Part shown: positions 47,454 to 55,736 of the stretch, piece by piece | Numbering within the stretch: the first letter of the stretch is position 1 | Layout: each line of letters starts with the position of its first letter | Source of the DNA: a bacterium BMS3Bbin03 | GTDB taxonomy: Bacteria > Zhuqueibacterota > JdFR-76 > BMS3Abin05 | Reading direction: 5' to 3' | DNA: 64,000 nucleotides | NCBI GenBank assembly: GCA_002898015.1 | Contig: BDTM01000035.1 | Location: 42,401-106,400, forward strand | Translations under genes and position numbers: made by a program | The notes under the pieces: generated by a model | Database searches by the model: none | What the model was told of the DNA's origin: nothing | The model's input: only the letters and a program-made list of their open reading frames with translations

Positions 47454-48467
47454 TCATTCTGTCCGAATCGTCCGTTGAAATGTTTTCTCGAATTCATATT
47501 TCAGTTTAGGCCACACACTCAAGTAAAAGTACGGATCCCTTTTGTAGAGGAACGAGGGATCAAAATAGCAATTGATTGTGCAGTTTTGACAAAAAGAGTA
47601 GCGTCCCTGATTTTTCAGAGCTTCTCTGCGTTGTTTTGAATTCAGCGCTTCTGGCAATGATGTCCCGATCGGAATGGTCTGGCTGCGATGGTGAAAACAG
47701 GGGAGAAGAAGCTCATTTTGGGGGGAAATAACGACGGTGGATGAAACCCCCCGGCACCGCGGATTTCCCCGCTGATTGCCTCCCGAGCGTATGAAATGGT
47801 GATAAGCACGATTCACATAAACATAAGACGCATTTTGAAATATTTCAATGTATTTTAGGGCGCTTTCCGAAATACCGGTATTCCCGAAGTAGCTGAACAC
47901 AGGATTGGTGACTAACAGGAGTTTTCGTTTTTGTGCAAATGTTACAAGCTGCGGCATTTCTTTGGCATTTTGAGCGGTAACCGTAAAAAGTAAATCCGGT
48001 TTTTCTCCCAGAGAGAGCGCCAAATCGATGCTTTCCATCAACCGCTCAAAAACAGGAACGCCGCGAAGGGTGTTCAGGCGTTTCGGATTTAAGGAATCCA
48101 ATGAAAAGTGCAGAATATCAACCAGGCCTTTTAGCTGCTGTGCACGGCCCGGGTAAAGAATCGTATTGGTGGTGACGCTGGTGATAAAGCCGAGGCGTTT
48201 GGCTTCTTTGAGCATTTGAGGCAGGTCTTTGTTCAGCAGGGGTTCACCGCCGGTAAAATCAACAAAAATGACGCCCATCCGGCGAAGATCCTGTAGATTT
48301 CGAATGACCTCTTTCAGCCCGGCATCCTGAGAGTGTTTGTAATCTTCCCGCTGCCAGAAATCACAGAAAACGCAGCGCGCATTGCAGCGGTACGTGACGT
48401 AATAATTGCAGAGGATGGGACGGTTTTTAAACACATTGGTGAAGTTCTTCAGGTTGTTTAAAATCAT
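47454..48467 (-). CDS. Radical SAM enzyme
   Basis: 337 aa. The CxxxCxxC motif near the N-terminus is YRCNARCVFCDFW. A glycine-rich SAM motif (DFTGGEPLL) is also present. Its stop overlaps the start of the downstream GT2 gene (ATGA-type coupling at 48464-48467). Confidence 0.75.
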   Translation of the reverse strand: MILNNLKNFTNVFKNRPILCNYYVTYRCNARCVFCDFWQREDYKHSQDAGLKEVIRNLQDLRRMGVIFVDFTGGEPLLNKDLPQMLKEAKRLGFITSVTTNTILYPGRAQQLKGLVDILHFSLDSLNPKRLNTLRGVPVFERLMESIDLALSLGEKPDLLFTVTAQNAKEMPQLVTFAQKRKLLLVTNPVFSYFGNTGISESALKYIEIFQNASYVYVNRAYHHFIRSGGNQRGNPRCRGVSSTVVISPQNELLLPCFHHRSQTIPIGTSLPEALNSKQRREALKNQGRYSFCQNCTINCYFDPSFLYKRDPYFYLSVWPKLKYEFEKTFQRTIRTE

Positions 48468-49594
48468 GAGCGAATGGTGTTTCCCTTGTAATGGTCTTTT
48501 TTCCAGTGAATGGAATTGGAAAAAGCGAAAAAAGTGAACACGGTTGTGTACAGGAAATAAAAAATTTCAAAAAACGGGAAATAAGACAAAAGGCTCAATT
48601 TTCGATTGGGAATCAAGGTACGAAAGAGTAAGACCAAATCCGTTATGAAAATCAGAATAATTCCAAATGCGGCGGTGGCGTACGTCGAACTGAAAAAAAG
48701 AGAAACCGGAAGAAGCAGATGATTTAAAAAACTTACGCTCATAAGCAGAAGCCCGAAAAAACGGACACTTTTTCCGCCGACGACCCATCGTTTTCGCTGT
48801 TGGAAAAAACCTTTCAGGGTGGGTTCGGGGAAGCTGGTCACCGTTGTATCCGGATGGATTGGAAAGCGAATTTCCCAATCGGTGCGCTTGCAGACAATCC
48901 GGAGGAATGCAAAATCTTCCGTCACGCTAAAGCCGATGTGCGGATATCCCCCCACCTGGAAGTAAACCCGCCTTCGCAGCGCCATGTTGTTTCCAATGCA
49001 ACTGGATGGTTTTCCAAGACCTGTGGCTCCGGAGGCGGCGGTTAAAAGATACGCCCAATCCAGCGCCTGCACGCCCTCCCACAGCGTGTGCCTCGTGTGC
49101 CGCGCCGCAAGGTACGTCTGGCCGCACACCACGCCGACGTCGTCATTGAAATAAAGAAGCATGCTTTCGATCCAGCGTTCGTTCAAAATACAATCCGCAT
49201 CCGTTAAAAAGACAAATTCACCCGTGGCAATTTCCATTGCCTTGTGAATGGCATTCTCTTTTCCGGACATGTAATTCTCAATTTTATTGATGTGAATGGC
49301 CTGAATGTAATCGTGCTGACGCGCCATTTCATCGAAAATAGAACCCGTTCGATCAGAGGAGCGGTCATTCGCAAGAATAACCTGCAGGCGGCCTTTTGGA
49401 AAAGAAAGCCTCAAAAGCGACTGCAAAAAGACCGGCAGATTTTGTTCCTCATCTCTTGCAGCGAGAATCACAGTAACCTTTGCTTTCGGATTTAAGGAAT
49501 AGGTCTTCTGTTTTAAGAAAGTGCCGATCAGCAGCAGAACACCCATACCGATGTACAAAAATACGAGGATTTCCAGAAAGTCTTTTGAGATCAT
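48464..49594 (-). CDS. Membrane-integrated family 2 glycosyltransferase (GT2)
   Basis: There are N-terminal transmembrane helices, a GT-A core with DxD (LTDADCIL) and a QxxRW-like motif (QQRKRWVVG), and C-terminal transmembrane helices. Confidence 0.75.
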   Translation of the reverse strand: MISKDFLEILVFLYIGMGVLLLIGTFLKQKTYSLNPKAKVTVILAARDEEQNLPVFLQSLLRLSFPKGRLQVILANDRSSDRTGSIFDEMARQHDYIQAIHINKIENYMSGKENAIHKAMEIATGEFVFLTDADCILNERWIESMLLYFNDDVGVVCGQTYLAARHTRHTLWEGVQALDWAYLLTAASGATGLGKPSSCIGNNMALRRRVYFQVGGYPHIGFSVTEDFAFLRIVCKRTDWEIRFPIHPDTTVTSFPEPTLKGFFQQRKRWVVGGKSVRFFGLLLMSVSFLNHLLLPVSLFFSSTYATAAFGIILIFITDLVLLFRTLIPNRKLSLLSYFPFFEIFYFLYTTVFTFFAFSNSIHWKKDHYKGNTIRS

Positions 49595-50262
49595 TGGGCG
49601 TTCTCCCGCAGCTTTTTTAGGCGAAACAGTTCAGAAAGGGGGCTGAAGGAAAAGCCTCTGTCCAGAAGATGCCTGAGAATGGCGGGCAAAGCTTGAATCG
49701 TCTGCGAAACATTTTTCCCTGAATCGTGAAATAAAACCACCGATCCCGGTTTCACGGAAGTCAGTACATTCCGAACGATGTCTTGGGCAGATGTTTTTTC
49801 CTTGTAATCTCTGGAATCCACATTCCACAGCACCATTTGAAGGTTCTGCGCTTCCGATATTTTTTTCATGGCCGGACGAAAGCGTCCGTAAGGCGGCCGA
49901 AAAAGGAGGGGCTGTAAACCACAGGCTTGATGAATGAGTCCATTGGTCCGTTGAATTTCTTCCGAAATAAACGATTTTTTGCGAAGCCATAAAGGCACAT
50001 GACTGAAGCCGTGGTTCCCGATTGAATGGCCTTCCCGTGTGCATTGGCTGAGAAGTCCGGGCGCCGCAGGGATTTTTTCGCCTTTGATAAAAAACGAGGC
50101 TTTTGCACGAAAATCTTTTAAAATCGACAAGACTTGCGGCGTAGAATGGACATCCGGACCATCGTCGAACGTGAGAAAGACAATGCGTGCCTCTGTTGGG
50201 ACCCGAAACAAAACCCAAGGGAAAATTTTTTCTGCCGGGGAGAAAAAAACGGAATCATTCAT
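49591..50262 (-). CDS. Polysaccharide deacetylase (CE4, NodB domain)
   Basis: The motifs TFDDGPD and HSIGNHGFSH match CE4 motifs 1 and 2. Confidence 0.8.
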   Translation of the reverse strand: MNDSVFFSPAEKIFPWVLFRVPTEARIVFLTFDDGPDVHSTPQVLSILKDFRAKASFFIKGEKIPAAPGLLSQCTREGHSIGNHGFSHVPLWLRKKSFISEEIQRTNGLIHQACGLQPLLFRPPYGRFRPAMKKISEAQNLQMVLWNVDSRDYKEKTSAQDIVRNVLTSVKPGSVVLFHDSGKNVSQTIQALPAILRHLLDRGFSFSPLSELFRLKKLRENAQ

Positions 50263-50281
50263 TTATAATACCCTGCCTCAT

Positions 50282-51415
50282 CTATCCGCGATTGAACCTG
50301 CCCTTCCATTCGTAATTTCCATTTAATCCCTTTAGACTAACCCATAAAATATAAGGAATCTGGAAAAATTGGGCAAGAAGAAAATATTTCAGTAAATCAA
50401 TTCTTCCGGTAAATCCGGCGCCTTTGTAAACGATTTGAAAATCGACACCCCATTTTACGGAAAAAGCAATCAAAATATAAAACCAGGGAAATCCGAGCAC
50501 CAGCCAGACCGGCCAGAGAAAGAGAGCCAAATAAAATAAATAGACCGAAATTAGAAAAAAAACGATCGATTTATTCAGGTAGTGGGGACTATTACTGGCC
50601 CAGCGCGTTCGTTGATTGAGAAATGCCTTTAAATTTTTCACGGGCCGGGTAAAATTATTCGTATTTTTTTCAACCGCAAATCGAATTTTCCAGTCGGTCA
50701 GATTGTGAATTTTCTGCACAAGCAAGTTGTCATCTCCGGACGGGATATGGTCGATGTCATGAAAGCCGCTCACCTCTTCGAAAACGCACCGGCGGTAGCT
50801 TAAATTGGCGCCGTTGCTGATGACGGGCTTGCCTTTGCCGATAGCGCCGGCGCCGGCGGTGACCAGCCCTAAAAATTCCAGGGATTGGATTTTGTGGAAG
50901 AGTGTTTTTTCAAATTTGGGGTGAATAAGAATGTACCCGGAAACCGCACCCACATCCGGTTTGTAGTGCCTGGCAAGTCCTGTCAGCCAGGTGGGCTGAA
51001 CCGTACAGTCCGCATCGACGGTGGCGATGATTTCACTTTCTGTGTGCTCGATTCCATATTGAAGAGCTGCCTTTTTATATGCCTTCTGCGCGTGATTTTC
51101 CCGGTATTGAAACAATTGAACACGGCCGGGGAAACGTTTCTCAAATGTCCGGACAATCTCTGCCGTCTGATCGGTTGAATGATCGTCGATGACGGCAATT
51201 TTATATAATTCGGGCGGATAGGTTTGATTAAGAACAGAATTTAGACAAATTGTAATATTGGCTTCTTCATTTCTGGCGGGAATCAAAATCTGAAAAAACG
51301 GCTTTGCTTCGGATGTGCCCGGCTTGAGGCGCAGCAGCCCGCTGTAATAACCGCTGATTTTGATGAGATAAAAAAGGATCAGGAACAAAAGCAGTCCTGC
51401 AAAAAAAATAATCAT
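50282..51415 (-). CDS. Membrane-integrated family 2 glycosyltransferase (GT2)
   Basis: It has an N-terminal transmembrane helix, IATVDADCTV as the DxD motif, QRTRWASN as a QxxRW-like motif, and a C-terminal transmembrane bundle. Confidence 0.75.
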   Translation of the reverse strand: MIIFFAGLLLFLILFYLIKISGYYSGLLRLKPGTSEAKPFFQILIPARNEEANITICLNSVLNQTYPPELYKIAVIDDHSTDQTAEIVRTFEKRFPGRVQLFQYRENHAQKAYKKAALQYGIEHTESEIIATVDADCTVQPTWLTGLARHYKPDVGAVSGYILIHPKFEKTLFHKIQSLEFLGLVTAGAGAIGKGKPVISNGANLSYRRCVFEEVSGFHDIDHIPSGDDNLLVQKIHNLTDWKIRFAVEKNTNNFTRPVKNLKAFLNQRTRWASNSPHYLNKSIVFFLISVYLFYLALFLWPVWLVLGFPWFYILIAFSVKWGVDFQIVYKGAGFTGRIDLLKYFLLAQFFQIPYILWVSLKGLNGNYEWKGRFNRG

Positions 51416-52356
51416 GACCTTCCTCTCAAGGGATGTTTTTCTTTAATCAAAAAGTAAAGCCCCGCCAGACCCGGAATTAATAAATTGATTACGAATAAAA
51501 GAATGGGGCCGTTAAATGCCGCCGCAGAAGAGACGGAAAATTTTTTGAAAAAAAATACCGAAGCCCCTTCCCGAATACCAAGATCCCCGATTGAAATCGG
51601 CAGGATTGTTTTTATAAAAAATACCGTCGGAATTGTTATGGCACCGGCCTGAACGGGCACCTTCTCAAAGGCATTTACTAAAATATAAAATTGAAATGAA
51701 AAAATCAAGTAAGCGGCAAATGAAAGAAGAAAAACTTTCCGGCCTCTTTGATTATTCAGTATTTCCAGACCATAAATTAAACGGTGAAGGGGATGATCCT
51801 GTGGAAAATGGCCTCCGATCTTGAGTACCCATGCCTTAAAAAGTTCGGGAAATATGGGAGAAATGAGAAGAATTGTAAAAAACAGTTCAAGAATAATTTT
51901 TATCGTGCCGTTTAACGTGGCGATAAACGGAAATTCGGAAAGAAATAGTAGGGCTGTCCACCCGCCAATGCCGATTACGATGAGCATCGTGTAAATTTTA
52001 TCAACCGCCACAACCCCCATGGCGATGACCCAGTCGGTTTTTTTGACGAAAAAAGCTCTGGAATATTCGCCGATCCGGCCCGGAGTCGTAAATCCAATTG
52101 CAAGACTGATCAGAAATTCACGCATGGCTTCTGAGAAAGTGGACGCCGGACGAATCCACCTCACCATGTAATGCCATTTGTAAATTTGAAGATACAGATT
52201 CACCGGCATCAGGATAAAAGCCAGAATGATGAGCGACAAATCCGCCGTAAGAAAGGCCTGACCAATTTGTGCCGGCCTGATTGTCCAGATGAGTGCGCCT
52301 AAAATGAGAAGCGCCAGTGCGATTTTAATGCCCCGAAAAGCCGTTTTACTGATCAT
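51412..52356 (-). CDS. Polytopic membrane protein, flippase-like (PF03706/HpnL-like, lysyl-PG-synthase transmembrane-region family)
   Basis: 314 aa with about 8 transmembrane helices. The topology and partner genes match the UPF0104/PF03706 family, which commonly pairs with GT2 enzymes. The start and stop overlap both neighbouring genes. Confidence 0.5.
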   Translation of the reverse strand: MISKTAFRGIKIALALLILGALIWTIRPAQIGQAFLTADLSLIILAFILMPVNLYLQIYKWHYMVRWIRPASTFSEAMREFLISLAIGFTTPGRIGEYSRAFFVKKTDWVIAMGVVAVDKIYTMLIVIGIGGWTALLFLSEFPFIATLNGTIKIILELFFTILLISPIFPELFKAWVLKIGGHFPQDHPLHRLIYGLEILNNQRGRKVFLLSFAAYLIFSFQFYILVNAFEKVPVQAGAITIPTVFFIKTILPISIGDLGIREGASVFFFKKFSVSSAAAFNGPILLFVINLLIPGLAGLYFLIKEKHPLRGRS

Positions 52357-53470
52357 GAGATTCCACAGATGAATTTTCTTTCCAGTGAATGGGTAAAAAG
52401 AAGCTTAAAATGCCGATAATCCAGACTTCCGCCGGGTAAAAATATTCCCAGAAAAACATCATGTTCATCGGGAGATCAAATTTAAATTTTCGTTGTGCTG
52501 TTGTAAAAATAGTAAAATCAATCAAAAGCTTTGTTACAAACAAACCGGCAATGAGCCAAGAGTGCTTTCCAAAAAACAAAAGAACCGGAAGAAGAAGTAA
52601 AATAGTGTGACTCAGATAAAACAGGCCGTACAGAATTTTAGAAGGGAAATTGTAATATTTCCCGGCAGAAAAATGGCGAATGCGCTGGCTGAAAAAATGC
52701 TTCCATGACATTGGCGGACTGCTGACGACAGTACTTTTGGGGGTATCTGCAAAGGCCAGTTTGTAAGACGTTTTCTTCCGCACCAGGTGCAAAAACAGAT
52801 CGTCGTCACCGGAAATGGAGTGCGCAATCGGAGTGAAGCCGTTCACTTTTTCGTACACGGATTTTCGGTAGGCCAGATTTCTGCCCGTGGCCGTCATCGG
52901 AATTTGCCAGGCAAGTCCTGCTTTGGCAACCAGGTTATCGAACACGCTTTCGATTGCCGTAAACTTTTGAAGAAAGCCGTTCTTTTGTGCCTGAAGCGGG
53001 GCGAATCCGACCACAATGCCCGTTTCACGCGTGAAGCAGGGGAGGGTTGCTTCGATCCAGGTGGCAGCGGGGCGGCAATCCGCATCGGTGAAAAGTAAAA
53101 TTTCACTCCGGCTCTTTTCGATTCCCAGGCTGAGAGCAAATTTTTTGGCGGGCATGTTCAGGGATGTCTCTTCGATTCGAATGACGCGCAGATTGGGCAA
53201 TTTTTGCTGCCACTCATTTAAAATTTTCGGTGAATCATCCGACGACCGGTCATCGACAATTATAATTTCAAATTTGTTTTGCGGAAATGTTTGGCTTTGT
53301 AAAGATTCCAGTAAAGCCGGCAGATTGGCGGCTTCGTTGTGTGCCGCGATGATAACCGAAATAAAATGCGGAAGCCGGTCTGTTTTTTCGAATGAATAAA
53401 ACAGACCTTTTATGAGAAATAAAATCCAGATCAAATAAATGAGGAAAATTGTCAGAATAAAGATAATCAT
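52346..53470 (-). CDS. Membrane-integrated family 2 glycosyltransferase (GT2)
   Basis: It has an N-terminal transmembrane helix, FTDADCRP as the DxD motif, SQRIRH as a QxxRW-like motif, and C-terminal transmembrane helices. It is the first gene of the minus-strand operon. Confidence 0.75.
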   Translation of the reverse strand: MIIFILTIFLIYLIWILFLIKGLFYSFEKTDRLPHFISVIIAAHNEAANLPALLESLQSQTFPQNKFEIIIVDDRSSDDSPKILNEWQQKLPNLRVIRIEETSLNMPAKKFALSLGIEKSRSEILLFTDADCRPAATWIEATLPCFTRETGIVVGFAPLQAQKNGFLQKFTAIESVFDNLVAKAGLAWQIPMTATGRNLAYRKSVYEKVNGFTPIAHSISGDDDLFLHLVRKKTSYKLAFADTPKSTVVSSPPMSWKHFFSQRIRHFSAGKYYNFPSKILYGLFYLSHTILLLLPVLLFFGKHSWLIAGLFVTKLLIDFTIFTTAQRKFKFDLPMNMMFFWEYFYPAEVWIIGILSFFLPIHWKENSSVESHDQ

Positions 53471-53540
53471 TATCCAAACAATTTAGGATTTTCTGGAAAA
53501 ATAAGCAAGGTATTTCTAAAATAAAAAGCAAAACCTGAGG

Positions 53541-53606
53541 TTTAACAATAAAAAATGGGCTTCGCAGTTCTTCTCTGAGTATACCCAAGCATCCTGAGCG
53601 AAGCCC
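53541..53606 (-). terminator. Candidate intrinsic terminator on the minus strand (9-bp GGGCTTCGC/GCGAAGCCC stem, large loop, then a U-run)
   Basis: On the minus strand the hairpin is followed by ATTTTTTATTGTT. It lies just downstream of the small ORF at 53650..53853. Confidence 0.4.
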
Positions 53607-53649
53607 GATCCCGGATTAAGGGAAGTTTTCGGGAGGGAAAACAAATTTC

Positions 53650-53853
53650 TTAAAATTCGAAATAAAATGTGCCGTCTTTATTGATACCCATTTTACCCGT
53701 AAAGAGAATAAAATTCGGGTTTTGTTCTTCCTTATATTGCTGAGCTTTTTTTATATTTCGTGTGCATTTAATTTTATAACCCTTGTTTTTCATTTTGTTT
53801 GAAAGTGATTGACCGAATCCCTGATTACTGCCCAAAATAAGTATTTTCTTCAT
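53650..53853 (-). CDS. 67-aa ORF resembling only the N-terminal Rossmann segment of a short-chain dehydrogenase (possible gene remnant)
   Basis: MKKILILGSNQGFGQSL carries the SDR glycine motif (GxxxGxG), but the ORF stops after about 65 residues. It has its own downstream terminator. Confidence 0.3.
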   Translation of the reverse strand: MKKILILGSNQGFGQSLSNKMKNKGYKIKCTRNIKKAQQYKEEQNPNFILFTGKMGINKDGTFYFEF

Positions 53854-54153
53854 GGTTTTCCTTTTTGCGGTTTTAACGGGTGCGGAGATTTTTAAAAGAA
53901 CATTTTTCGGATAACGACTGCCAAAATCATACCAAAAAACACGAAACGACAAAATAGGCTAACACCTTGATTATTAAGAACAAATATCCCGCATTATTTT
54001 ATTATTTAACAACGATTGTCACGAATCGACGCAACCATTTTAAAGCATGTCTTCAACTGAAACAGAATTTGCTTGCAATTCTTGTTTTTCTTTTTTACAC
54101 TGATTTGGATCGATGTGGATACCTGAATTAAAAATTCTGAAGGAGAAGCGCTA

Positions 54154-54837
54154 TTGAAAGATAGACGATTATTGTTTGCCGAGCTGTCGAAACGGTTGAA
54201 AGATTATTTTGGCGAACCGGAGCGGCCGGATGGCCTAAATCCTCTTGACGTGCTTATTGAGACCATTTTGTCCCAGAATACAAACGATCGCAACCGGGAT
54301 ATTGCCTTTAAACAATTAAAACAGCACTTTCCAACCTGGGAGGAGACGGAAAAAGCCCCTGCTGAATCCGTCGAAGAAGCCATTCGTCCCGCCGGCCTGG
54401 CGAGACAGAAGGCGCCGCGGATTCAACATATTATTAAATGGATCGAAAATGAATATGGAACACTCGATATTGGTTTTATCTGTGATTGGGATATTGATGA
54501 GGTGATTCAGACGTTTACTCAGCTTAAAGGCATCGGCATCAAAACGATTAGTGTCGTTTTGATGTTCGCCTGCGGAAAAAATGTATTTCCGGTTGATACG
54601 CATATTCACAGGATCTCGAAACGGCTGGGACTGATTTCAGAAAAAACATCTGCCGAGAAGGCCCATTCGATTCTTGGCGATTGGGTGCCGCCGGAGGAAG
54701 CCTATTCCGTTCACATCAATTTGCTCAGGCTGGGACGAACAATTTGCCTGGCCAGAAAACCGAAATGTGATAAATGTCCCGTTTGGGATTTGTGCGATTA
54801 CGGCCGTCAACATAAAGACCAGGGAAATCCGCGCTGA
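54154..54837 (+). CDS. Endonuclease III-like HhH-GPD base-excision glycosylase with a [4Fe-4S] cluster loop
   Basis: TTG start with an AGGAG site 8 nt upstream. The helix-hairpin-helix motif is LKGIGIKTISVVL, the GPD Asp is present, and the C-terminal CxxxxxxCxxCxxxxxC loop is CLARKPKCDKCPVWDLC. Confidence 0.8.
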   Translation: MKDRRLLFAELSKRLKDYFGEPERPDGLNPLDVLIETILSQNTNDRNRDIAFKQLKQHFPTWEETEKAPAESVEEAIRPAGLARQKAPRIQHIIKWIENEYGTLDIGFICDWDIDEVIQTFTQLKGIGIKTISVVLMFACGKNVFPVDTHIHRISKRLGLISEKTSAEKAHSILGDWVPPEEAYSVHINLLRLGRTICLARKPKCDKCPVWDLCDYGRQHKDQGNPR

Positions 54838-54951
54838 AAAAGGGGATTTGGATTTTTATTTCTCAATATTTACGAAAAAACATACAAGATGGAGATGACA
54901 GTTAAGTAGTGCTACGTCTGCCTCTGTTTGTGCCATATGACCGCCGGCGGA

Positions 54952-55002
54952 CGGGAATTGAAAACACACACGCCTCTCCGCCGGAGACAATTGGCATCAA
55001 CC
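54952..55002 (-). repeat. Copy 1 of the extragenic repeat family (GGTTGAYGCCAAT-N4-C-N-GGCGG module plus adjacent CGGGAATTGAAAACACACAC module)
   Basis: The reverse complement GGTTGATGCCAATTGTCTCCGGCGGAGAG aligns with copies at 59851 and 61448. The adjacent CGGGAATTGAAAACACACACGCCTC aligns with 59873-59900. Confidence 0.7.
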
Positions 55003-55041
55003 GAATGGCCAATTTCATCCATTTGCTAGAAATCACATATC

Positions 55042-55326
55042 GTCCTTACAGGACTTCAAATCATTGGATTTGGCACTTCGCTATAAACATACCGTCCCTA
55101 CGGGACTTTCAAGAGATTTGACAAACAAATATGACTTACAACCGAATACGGCAGTATAATGTTTTTCATGTAAAATTAGATTTGTTGCTTTTTCGAATCT
55201 CTGACATGATAGAGCCACTTTATTGAAAAGATATTGTCTTTGATGCTATTTCCATTTTTTATGTCCCGTTAGGGACAAAATGTTTATAGAAGATTAATAA
55301 ACACACGATTAAAGTCCCGTAGGGAC
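55042..55326. repeat. Four copies of a 13-14 bp palindrome GTCC(C/T)(G)TA(C/G)(A/G)GGAC, arranged as two pairs 47-52 bp apart
   Basis: gtccttacaggac (55042-55054), gtccctacgggac (55094-55106), gtcccgttagggac (55263-55276), gtcccgtagggac (55314-55326). A fifth copy, atccctacgggat, lies at 59619-59631. Confidence 0.8.
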
Positions 55327-55736
55327 GAAATGTAATTGCCATTATAAATCGTTGAACTCTTAAGTTAACGGCTATGGTTTGCGGCGGAGAGCTCCGCCTG
55401 TGACTATCGCCGTCAACCCAAGCTGAAGCTCTCCGCCGCAGGCGGATTGTCGTGAACTTCAGCTCGCGGATCACAATCCATCTCCTGTTTTCCGGTGTTT
55501 TAACCCCCAAGGATCGAATGAATCGGGGTTAAAACCCCCTTTAGATTTGCTTTTTATTCGGTATCCACGCTCTAAAGAGCGTGGCAAGTCAAATAAATCA
55601 ATCAGATTTTCACAATATTGTTTTGGGTTGACTATTATGGCCGCCGGCAGATGGGAAAATATTGAAATAGGCTTAAAATAATCATATATTTTAATGAAAA
55701 TTTTGTCTAATTTTAAATTAGGAAAGGTTTTGATTT

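Noticed and set aside
54909-55121. 70-aa ORF within the repeat and palindrome region after the endonuclease III gene
   Set aside because: It overlaps the extragenic repeats and palindromes. It has no Shine-Dalgarno site and its composition is unlike the neighbouring genes.
54840-55736. tRNA, tmRNA or an integron attC site in the structured intergenic region
   Set aside because: No cloverleaf with an anticodon arm or T-loop GTTCRANYC could be built. No integron integrase or cassette-like ORFs lie nearby. The repeats are better explained as REP/MITE-like elements.
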